A DNA stretch of 64,000 nucleotides. Origin: an uncultured Clostridia bacterium (lineage in GTDB: Bacteria; Bacillota; Clostridia; Christensenellales; UBA1242). A model generated the notes under the pieces. The model was not told the origin of the DNA. It made no database searches and saw only the letters and a program-made list of their open reading frames with translations. The position numbers were made by a program, and so were the translations under genes. The stretch lies in NCBI GenBank assembly GCA_947598785.1, contig CANQFL010000001.1:12563-76562 (forward strand), given 5' to 3'. Positions 61,201 through 64,000 of the stretch are shown here, piece by piece (the first letter of the stretch is position 1; every line of letters begins with the position of its first letter).

Positions 61201-62004
61201 GGTATTTTATCAATTTCAATTTCTACAAATATTGAAAATGAGATAAATAATGCGACTGATTTAAATAATCCTCAATTTGCAGGGTATGTAACTTATGATA
61301 ATAAAATGGTCACTAATTTTACCTTGTCAAATACAGGAGATGTAAATTTAGGTATAGTTCAGAATCAAAGATACAAAATACTTGAAATTATATTGACAAA
61401 TTATGAGAAAGAACCTTTAGATATCACTGATTTATATTCTGATGGCGTCTTATCTTTATCAAGAGATTTCTTAGATTCACACAATATTGAAGGAAACGTT
61501 GGACTTTATATTGAATTTGAACGACTTGTTTGGGAAGAAAAAGAGATTAACTTAAATTACCTTTCTGGTTTAGGAACAGAAGACAACCCTTATTTAATTT
61601 ACAATGTTGACGATTTGATTTTTATGATGAAAAAGGTAAATATTGGTAGTTTTGCAAATGAAATAAAATATTCGGAAGCGTCATATGTTTTAATGAACAA
61701 TATTGATTTAAGTGAAATGTTCTGGACTCCAATAGGAACTGAATCTAATCCATTTAATGGAAAATTTGATTTCAATAATTACAAAGTTTCGGGAATTTAT
61801 ACGGCCATGTTTTTCGAAGAAACACATTATGATGGATTATTTGGTGTTGTTGGAGAAAAATCAATTTTCATTTTGGTTCATACATCAATTTGGTATATCT
61901 ATTTGATTGTCGGACTTGTTGTATTGCTGTTTGTAGTTTTAACAATACTTATTTTAAGTGCAAGAAGACACAAGAAAAATAGAGAAGAATTATCAAAAAG
62001 GTAA
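43297..62004 (+). CDS. giant tail-anchored surface protein (6,235 aa): signal peptide, GLUG modules at both ends, many Listeria-Bacteroides (InlB B-type) repeats and MBG/YDG-type Ig-like modules, C-terminal TM helix
   Basis: Signal 'MKRKLFFLLVLVFGFCGVLGYV'. 'FRGSFYGQGHYIFNL', 'GSGTINSPYLIQTAGDL...FSGVFDGNNFTISGL' and repeated VGGL(V/F/I)G. B-repeats such as 'GYNFANWVDEDENEI...IYGTWT' (nt ~57583) and 'ATGYTFTGWRKEN...IYAVFS'. 'KVYDGSD', 'KPYDGTTN' and 'FIYGDVKSG' MBG-type units (~52.9-56.4 kb). C-terminus 'GLGTEDNPYLIYNVDDL...FNGKFDFNNYKVSGI', then TM 'IWYIYLIVGLVVLLFVVLTILILS' plus 'ARRHKKNRE'. No LPXTG. Confidence 0.9.
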   Translation: MKRKLFFLLVLVFGFCGVLGYVNLKPAQVSYAVSSNSSSWNLPNGKTYKTLTEADFNINDSTINNDYYKINSEIYIGSAKGFAYFAVLANEEANNVGQSKFAGTSVYLTTDIDLKNVAWNPIQNFRGSFYGQGHYIFNLKLEYIDGVSDYGIFGSILGTLSMLNLRNVDIDIISTTANAINVGSLVGRVGTDISTTSSPIISCSAKGEIKVNSEKSFVGGLVGYVNTTGEYENLKSDFVFDVQSTQNSTTNTNVGGLFGGVGQLNLQKSYSEGVITCNVGNVGGLIGIDDVKALNKISTSGNLVLRDSYSKMKLNSTDSNVVGGLVGVYDSDNNVVNRVILYNLYFAGESSNDYGAIIGKVNNPNTTITGESLISITTTKLFGNLDKNNNSFYTKDCFADFNSIVRTSEFYTDTNRWHNQWNFENIWGIAIGMNDSLPFLKELSNFETDNDNFYSGLKGSGTINSPYLIQTAGDLGYLSRNYSKLQNKVFALQNNIDLSGATWIPIGKSSSKFSGVFDGNNFTISGLNCSLQEPFSELGLFGATKNAVIKNLIVKNFNINSTLSNQSVGTIIANADENTYLINCADYNSKEISSVGYDNNGSNLTVAYGQNNEEGQKLNILSNPKIGYDITIDGVGGIFYNENREIYRGQHHVLVYKGSSLSYINVSNIDSSYGKILPQLSENYGETDILIRKGYKLKGFSTKANEVKTIDLDGTGLFVGDSAEPSAYKIFANWEGAKKKIEIVYNAYENELLNAQTMLNASYKGQSLNYEGKDLDYAHIELQDNDVKVVYELDYDSDFSDYYNIFKATPSYTLGETKKLRGEGFDVEEIYSTYSVNGFSDVLSNSYKFINNKLNSTYYAKWKNSELPQSYTIKLRFNKEEMDNSWAGFEKFNFSDVFTSIKLYGWKKNADGIFEKQKNFMYDDLNPHEVDDNYEFTINYNTSFSLSQDEFWRFEVDAERGYEFQLLSLDEKNLDENQNKDSNFGTLVSGLASEVKENNRFDIKIKKEEDKALLENYCFYNLIGNYTFDISIRKKVVTSNLDIGDSIYFAMTPYFEEKINKVEIANYSDSITTTFEDISTDISGDYNFVGYDFVNNQMIFGTQGYAKSTVNLELDDANLLDTDYRLKKVNDALIMRINEEYYFKYTIENRGDLENPFYYVSLYECLDISPYTAQQLVGSISVGESFEITNTSNFYAMSYTNFSLILITDDESTYFVTKVSNYDSEKNINVLGHIAEDESKANKLLYVYGKENFKFVDFDDEEGYIKAIGRYTKAKFDITFKYFDPDNIPDTFTNSVTNPYIKTISQTLDIVENNQFTIEINPNDYFKFYDIEGTAILKDDAKEGIKPENKYNIEITYNVNTLRDASGEDKSDSPYTDDSGAVLKYLTKQFTVNWIKSNSNNNLNFVANNIYYGHYDIVIYLTDVKYSVVFDAKGISLNNLQSFIDGVNDKNSYLADYNLIDIDDMAQNLVTLEINQDAFDFAKETRSSNIVDDLGQGISTFKKEELTTKDVLHFTSNASSAYIFYGWLIRNNIGRYILTNNLELNYDTLYYYSHDYSSIYRSTEGVSNIEHQFTVIAVFQIKQMTFSLSDEILIQNYMGGENQSFIYGNNSLDISGNLKSGSVPIERNAVTYFYKQYDYLKNIPSQNIKNLSVELTGRDIIGYDFVGVEILDSNNERVENGFFDKDSGTLDESNKILFTKDYVDFVNGILEKQIQENKVYYLRVILKQKFIQIVFHSGTGLDNEYGDGKAGYVYDEENEDVTDTTYTTNNIYYGESLRFDDSETISLSDGRMVSASSLFPYRKGYQATGLWQWLEFQSINFTLNAQIYDAKDKDGKIHIFKLWKANDYTITFDALDGVFGNGKNSYEITVKYDSVFDLKNVPTEQDSGLSKVSKVGYELKYWALVSDDTINFFEIDGANSILLYDASNGINKYFIQNRKDNGNFEYIFCFDGEFTLQAVWLEKNYKVKIYYNNGTENFAEEDIKYNASLNEILAKYRALTTGTGPTILRARFSYGGLFPSIKGVVYENNEIVENTTFNNELIGFVDDVDEGLVLYIKWLYDNTEANPNRYEFKILNTEHSSIKYNGQNQEISLFDFLEGDNVDLNGFSLENGIELLEENNAVNMTWTLNEQPNATSFTVKYAGQYSIELAFILTEDDSIKMKATNLSTIPTIMLTILVEKIDVDIVKKDSNEFKALLAKEIMNNYLTEEEKTGDENNFNSLKTLSEIVNFVKRKEAKANISEGQSVEEYISQNFSDISDDLIYEFIIAKYYLLTMCSSGADHILYKSWKYSDYVEFKASDENSALISEIQANTSLFLFYNHNDKNLTNENIISKNKDMIYGLENVSTELKIEEVTVVSTFGSITPRNFADIRVYLTYPMESQKQIILNNYNVEKSGNRYYITFSTVFILPEILFTENNSLEKSVYYRDTNTKIEIDYLASEFEKPSIQEPDPTLYAMFGRNFYLIDSSEMLYVSARAYISNSGSALQDTQFSYNQDKNYIYFDNIIILKRASSSSNNFDNVTSYYKLALNDNCIFTILNVVDVAYLQVQAKYFTFTNGMFYSENATDDEQLLTFTEIAYNLTEVGENKVVSLTQVGDIIVEGTKVGEVISINGNTISMYVNKAIKQVSIKAKQNFENESNFAIYSWSRFYVSQIDAGMNPAENVSYTWNREDEEMEENDLTSIYLYATYTDLVCVDYNLNLPESVLGSNPALTRAYIKLDNTTKENLLTPTISGFKLSKLTYQSEEGIETEYSNLFLNGTGIYVPYNSKNKYASITLKAYWLLNLDENGELYHTTVHEGDYVYKAAVYSFVDAWNSSSLINLSNFSEAIFKPVSYKWYKVGVEKPLSETNSFTLEGKGSYSESGKYRLVVTAEVREELRNSMDIGDDGNKIMSAQVSYEFTLMFMRHKISSIEPSDVNGDYNALDQILDWTLNVQYSIYDNVNDDYSNELISEQINYTQETTGYAKFEIRYNDNLVTEMKNVGSYSISAIFNEEYFDIEQSESLTEGKFTFDYLISAIDFDLTDEDIVLSKNFNTYLGIKEVSTTVTHSSTNEILTIKLLIKPNSEGLYEDIGDYDLVFLGVDGENTKNYNFVKYIDDERKVLYQNGEQTDDGQTVVVGKFTIQKSGGLIVKFKNEPVNDRVTYSGQNFNLQISDDYKITISSSDYNKQYDISLFDINSDSEISNDEILSILSKKLSDLILSFSPTPACVCGTYKYMISMGEIFDDYFSSIQIPNEYEFIIEQKEITINKEIIKVYDGSDLAYLDLEGNILVGEDGKTLITPPLDRDAYIVATFMFGKHFGEGSVLLKLDGQNEVFSNYVVNETTTGKILKMKASVTFTINESFIYGEISQSNFRSKIERGQIISLEDSSRGNVVDEILLAEGYYSIGYEIALTNGQKVNTSNGFYYVGEYTVKVSPSFDDFDMTYNNPTFRIDKKPYVEEISDDYIRVSAQSTDAQVKQALKKIYLDGVTSDQIILNFKVPDLLGDDGQYRLSEEKAYRIELESISSTSGVDVNFDISISPFENNGFRVLPAEQTLYVEFENKDLLNGKIYNAIDYTLSTTLSSFTISNASSMFSTNLIFYTLNDGQKMVRTFEDGTISIYFNVNSDDGKKLKNAGQYVLSLEAEIGSFKTVLFAEDYIFNIGQKELTIENVTKTYDRSASYTMKLNQTHGVCADDSLSIVAYFSSPDVGEYTDVEIHLNNNAVSNNYYLQKDRISGNITKANARVVFDSETAVFGTISKNNEFDYRIIDGLEQEITQYTVSFQINKNTGAVSDSDYSTQGYLHAGTYRVVISATSKNYDINSSIVESFVITPKTISVEFSTPGEIVRTRGSAGWDSTIVNGYFFRTDLFEDIELTLTREPGNVAGYYKILTARVADDKPYSQDYSVDFKGDKCGAGLGAFMIILSDEPLYLLISSERTLEIKNADDGILANTVYDGFIYNNVTVTRNLQDNKYYLELTSTTSELAKLKFELNFYTYAEGVYTLFDDTVVGLDVTIRFSTPITKNVGRYNMEANAATSENYSNIKLGKKGDIFCYVFQITPKKLTLKFNDNDFQDNSDGTKSYVKKFTNRQAEYRFGEQESINLLDGLVEGDNFVLILRMYREAGVLAQYVNSGNDYTFAGEISGQNRNNYDFDYSYVLVGNKQVNIRGARIIPTNLYVRVQNMNFIYGDVKSGQDLGVDYFVDDSIYDFSGYVNTNKDRINIKLVALGGDISNSVSSTGFLNAGNHKMMLEIYNLPDFKVVYRINGGTEDLDSLDSAQLIVSKKTLSISKKDGGVSLRDLFTKPYDGTTNTKNIYDGDTKRKYVFDLNGIILADDISDDVFISNAYYEKATIGNPINIKFELSGEDSENYELLDYNAGIITSIKVKIEFDTQADRGETITSGGRQITNVELEFPFAANDISGNVSSGEFPSGPISGHAGHKFLNWTLIFKNIELNSTKYQSLNRYTGSTSGYNQDAKTWTIVVSDNSTTLNIISNIMNDSNFDEYYYVGKDSVTFIFTANWEINSYNVEINILDENGNKFSDDYDVLNDIVSVTIEGEPIDKTSVTKPFAFNTEINIEFTIKDTRNVGLQGLYIGTRRIGSGDSNFATTQKEIRILRLDKDYIGSDWAINLRFRIKKVKISFNLTEEDAVLNNDSDFILENNLPTYSTDIMALKGKTLNDLYTLADISCYGKSVTSVGEFDLDELQTKFFVGDNGILQNTSLANEDISVTYDVNFEPMSVSVILDFGFYKDGNKVTQEITVKYGELYYTYLSEIEIPERLGYNFANWVDEDENEITETTQMNKVVQHTIYGTWTKLKVRVVVYSPYATLSGFSVNDVTASPATNEYTINNAEYESQVQFIVTPRKGYHVAEDSVWEEAGFEVIEKSSDNIKVQIIIPIETKRFETQIIANKNTVLLVGEFISEYNIQVDGEPILIDDNTFQIETGKLFRITATPMQGYIISNEIQTDVEGLSITGVNIENNILSANISGIVQDVTLTFTTTPRQNSISINFTDGEEIEEVRYGGNTYFQFDNPIIISVETGNNLNIEVKYKHGYTLDTWTNSDNINILKSDNEDYFQFEISGISDDGYLNLNSKKLQYKLIVKVVSYGRDEEGAVVEKQIKENIAWVNGKLNEDGDGEDIITYLEQATLTIKSATGYTFTGWRKENSMTVFSREETHLYTVEDNETIYAVFSEGTNIVELGAVLHTVIYSEYNEPSKTLETFTDFSSGKFFNQDGQEITSIPLSYGASEAIKFEVPEGYLYAGFGFRDFDETFYYTRIERETNEDGLITEYVSGNQLGSNTDKIYLVIEAREISINVSSKLNISDEIQEDTRNIGHIEIGKEDYEINEYGYIDGTNTHYKSDNFNSESKLPNPIGNYQIITYTGERFLIKIKTERRGYVFDGILLNQSALSKVSYREIDRNETEATYEIFDIVATKNFDSFDLNVIYKPILNFIDLSFIDGSEKVNGGVFNIIIDENYKSQVWGVSGYYDTSVTAYTDTIFEVSVYIRAGYTFENVLDNIIDEESLIVKESINYLPLSIEKTGFTGKLTFTVMNYHGENEIKIKLTPSTYDIIFKDGELELLRIENVAFNSYVSLTAEQQSQIMVEKENYVYQGFFTRENRGGGRQYINSSGEFIGRWLENGYELNSITPTEYILSENAKIVDGKIEISLYLYMSYLKTLIKIKLSPNLDTNYTAEDIVSGIDYTNSWFYISSPLEIEIAYNTNIFFNAPNIAGYKFYKYLITNTSGSGIVYDAVTSYREKTAWVTDSTDNYVLCEVEIVYYREISVRVRGGVGGYSLIQYEYVTGEDGSVTQTDVDAYAADLLAQGYYDSTKVLYVRASSEEIDEGYEFYSWSWANRPNIAIFDNEGTIQIYSQSSQIRLILTLRGVEVNLNITSPNNSHGRIFSMEVQNFDGEYQDEILNPKQEKVRVGDKVTFAVEHDNGFAVIWNRSDINYVGHSNGYSYFEFDISPELANSTVTITPNFESGILSISISTNIENEINNATDLNNPQFAGYVTYDNKMVTNFTLSNTGDVNLGIVQNQRYKILEIILTNYEKEPLDITDLYSDGVLSLSRDFLDSHNIEGNVGLYIEFERLVWEEKEINLNYLSGLGTEDNPYLIYNVDDLIFMMKKVNIGSFANEIKYSEASYVLMNNIDLSEMFWTPIGTESNPFNGKFDFNNYKVSGIYTAMFFEETHYDGLFGVVGEKSIFILVHTSIWYIYLIVGLVVLLFVVLTILILSARRHKKNREELSKR

Positions 62005-62040
62005 TTGTAAATCAAATATTTTAATATCTAAAACAATATA

Positions 62041-62088
62041 ATAAAGCAAGGAGGCAATAATGCAATATTTCCTTGCTTTATTTTTATT
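62041..62088 (+). terminator. 12-bp perfect hairpin plus T-rich tail: candidate terminator of the giant gene that also encloses the uppP RBS and start codon
   Basis: ATAAAGCAAGGA (62041-62052) pairs with TCCTTGCTTTAT (62070-62081). The 17-nt loop contains ATG 62060. It is followed by TTTTTATT. Confidence 0.5.
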
Positions 62089-62821
62089 AGGGCTAGTTCA
62101 AGGGCTTACAGAATTTCTACCTGTTTCTTCATCAGGGCACTTGGTGCTTTTATCTAAAGTCTTTGGAATTGAAGAAAGTTTATTTATAAGCATTTTACTT
62201 CATGTGGCCACATTATTTTCAATAGTTGTAGTTTTTTATAAAGATATTTGGAATATTATACGACACCCTTTCAGTAAAGATTCTCTTTTGCTTGTAGTTG
62301 CAACGATACCAACCTGCATTATAGTTTTAATCTTTATGCCATTAGTAAAACAATCTTTTATGGGTAGTTTTCTTCCAATGAGTTTCGCTATTACTGCTTT
62401 ACTTTTATACGTTTGTGAAAGTTTATCTAAAAGAAAACAAATAAAACAATTTTCTTATAAAACGGCAATTCTTATGGGAATAGCTCAAGGTTTTGCTGTA
62501 TTTCCAGGTATATCACGTTCAGGAGCAACAATAGGTTCAGGGCTTCTTAGTGGTGCAGAAAAAGGAAATATAGCAAAATTTTCATTTCTAATGTCAATAC
62601 CAATCATAATTTTATCGCTTTTAATGGAAATTTATGAAATTATCGTTTCAGATGTGATGTTAAATTTCCAATTTTTTCCATTGTTATTTTCATTTATGAC
62701 CTCTTTTATTGTCGGAATTTTTGCAATTAAATTGATGTTAAAAATTACTACAAAAGCAAAGTTACATTGGTTTTCTCTTTATTTAGTTTTTATTTCGATT
62801 ATTTCATTATTTATTGTTTAA
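62060..62821 (+). CDS. uppP: undecaprenyl-diphosphate phosphatase
   Basis: 'GLTEFLPVSSSGHL' and 'PGISRSGATI' motifs. 253 aa, polytopic. Confidence 0.9.
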   Translation: MQYFLALFLLGLVQGLTEFLPVSSSGHLVLLSKVFGIEESLFISILLHVATLFSIVVVFYKDIWNIIRHPFSKDSLLLVVATIPTCIIVLIFMPLVKQSFMGSFLPMSFAITALLLYVCESLSKRKQIKQFSYKTAILMGIAQGFAVFPGISRSGATIGSGLLSGAEKGNIAKFSFLMSIPIIILSLLMEIYEIIVSDVMLNFQFFPLLFSFMTSFIVGIFAIKLMLKITTKAKLHWFSLYLVFISIISLFIV

Positions 62822-62862
62822 TTTTGGTATATTTGTATATTTTCAAATAGTAATATAAAAAT

Positions 62863-64000
62863 ATGGACAAAAAGTATTATCAAAAATCTGTTGATGAAAT
62901 ATTTTTAGAATTTGATGTAAATGAAAAAGGACTAGATGAATTAAAAGTTTCTAGTAGATTGCCAGATACTCAAAAACTTTTAATAAAATCAACAAAAAAA
63001 CAATCTTTTTTATCAAAATTTTTTGCACAAATAAAAGAACTTATGGTGTTAGTTCTTTTGATTTCTGGAATTATTTCTATTGTAATAGGCATTATTGAAA
63101 ATACAAAAGGCGAGATTATAGATGGTGCTATAATCTTAGGAATTGTAATTATGAATGCCTTGTTTGGAGTCTATCAAGAGCGTAAAAGTGAAAAAGCAAT
63201 TGAAAGTCTTAAAACACTCACTGAACCAGATACAAAAGTTTTGAGAGAAGGGAAAATTTACAAAATAAAAACAGACAATTTAGTTCATGGTGATGTTGTG
63301 TGTTTAGAAGCAGGTTGTATTGTCCCTGCTGATTTAAGATTAATTGAAGCAACAAATTTAAAGGTAAACGAGTCGTCACTTACAGGGGAAAGTGAATCTG
63401 TTGAAAAATTTGCTAACATCGTCTATGATAAAGAAGTACCTTTGGCAGATAGAAAAAATGTCGTTTATGGTGGAAGCAATATTGAAAGTGGTCACGCTAA
63501 AGGAATTGTCATCGGAATAGGAAAAGAAAGTGAGATTGGAAAAATTGCAGAAAGTTTAAAGGAAACTAAAAAAGAACTGACACCATTACAAAAAAATATT
63601 CAAGATGTAGGAAAGATTTTAACATATTTAATATTGCTTATTGCAAGTATAACTTTTATTTTAGAAGTAATTTGTGACCCTACACATATTTTAAGGGCCT
63701 TTTTAACTTCTGTGGCAATTTCAGTTGCAGCGATACCTGAAAGTATGCCAGCTGTTATCACTATAATTATCAGTTTGGGGATAGCTAAATTATCTAAACA
63801 AAAAGCTATTGTAAAAAGAATGCACGCAGTTGAAACTCTTGGAGCTTGTGATATCATTTGCTCTGATAAAACAGGAACTATCACTCAAAACAAAATGAAA
63901 GCAACAGATTATTTCACTTTTTTTGATAAAAAAAGTAAAAATTTTCAAATTTTTTTAAATGCTATGGTTCTTTGTAATGATGCACAGATTGGAGAAAATG
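62863..64000 (+). CDS. P-type cation-transporting ATPase (P2/Ca2+-type), 5' portion running off the window; not in the ORF track
   Basis: Translation from ATG 62863: 'MDKKYYQKSVDEIFLEFDVNEKGL...' (Cation_ATPase_N-like), 'VNESSLTGESESVEK', 'PESMPAVITIIISLG', and the phosphorylation motif 'ICSDKTGTITQNKM' (TGC at 63859, in frame). No SD upstream. Confidence 0.9.
   Translation, partial: MDKKYYQKSVDEIFLEFDVNEKGLDELKVSSRLPDTQKLLIKSTKKQSFLSKFFAQIKELMVLVLLISGIISIVIGIIENTKGEIIDGAIILGIVIMNALFGVYQERKSEKAIESLKTLTEPDTKVLREGKIYKIKTDNLVHGDVVCLEAGCIVPADLRLIEATNLKVNESSLTGESESVEKFANIVYDKEVPLADRKNVVYGGSNIESGHAKGIVIGIGKESEIGKIAESLKETKKELTPLQKNIQDVGKILTYLILLIASITFILEVICDPTHILRAFLTSVAISVAAIPESMPAVITIIISLGIAKLSKQKAIVKRMHAVETLGACDIICSDKTGTITQNKMKATDYFTFFDKKSKNFQIFLNAMVLCNDAQIGEN

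Noticed and set aside
61860-62004. Sortase (LPXTG) anchoring of the 6,235-aa protein
   Set aside because: The C-terminal TM helix and basic tail are present, but no LPXTG-like motif precedes them. It was interpreted as a tail anchor instead.
63600-63884. 94-aa minus-strand ORF near the window end
   Set aside because: It is antisense to the P-type ATPase frame, which carries the DKTGT phosphorylation motif. The ATPase ORF is missing from the track only because it runs off the window.
1-64000. Mollicutes-type genetic code 4 (TGA = Trp), suggested by the AT-richness
   Set aside because: TGA terminates several well-delimited genes (stops at 3360-3362, 11742-11744, 17285-17287 and 35481-35483), each directly followed or overlapped by the next start. 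Trp is encoded by TGG throughout.

Overview
Visibly AT-rich chromosomal window from a low-GC Bacillota-like bacterium; GC was not computed. It uses the standard bacterial code: TGA acts as a stop and TGG encodes Trp. All genes are on the + strand except a yabP-yabQ-divIC-like cluster.

Housekeeping content: valS (3' part), a heterodimeric ABC exporter, pflB/pflA, cvpA, an RluA-family pseudouridine synthase, typA, dnaB, gltX, trpS, uppP and the 5' part of a P-type ATPase.

Three things stand out.

1. A tightly packed seven-gene operon at about 2.07-9.88 kb. It encodes a YdjI-type SPFH/double-zinc-ribbon protein, a small membrane protein and a TPR-like protein. It also encodes two ~200-aa proteins that read as ESCRT-III (Snf7/CHMP) family members, a 379-aa MIT+AAA ATPase that reads as a Vps4/CdvC orthologue, and a 1,260-aa zinc-ribbon/TIR-like/helical-repeat/3-TM/GLUG-repeat protein. 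This is my candidate for the unusual system: a bacterial ESCRT-III/Vps4-like membrane-remodelling module fused to a Psp-type SPFH module and to a surface-exposed domain.

2. Two giant surface-protein genes, a 3,860-aa lipoprotein and a 6,235-aa tail-anchored protein, together occupy 30,291 nt, or 47% of the window. Their GLUG-type modules recur in the exodomain of the operon's last protein.

3. Recurrent regulatory oddities. Several near-consensus promoters end 5-6 nt before SD-less ATG codons, suggesting leaderless mRNAs. Phased A/T-tract DNA lies upstream of trpS and of the first giant gene. A 12-bp hairpin buries the uppP ribosome-binding site and start codon. An unknown gene sits between pflB and pflA and is translationally coupled to pflA.

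No rRNA, tRNA, CRISPR array or mobile element was seen. All homology statements come from reading the translations against remembered family motifs; no database search was run.
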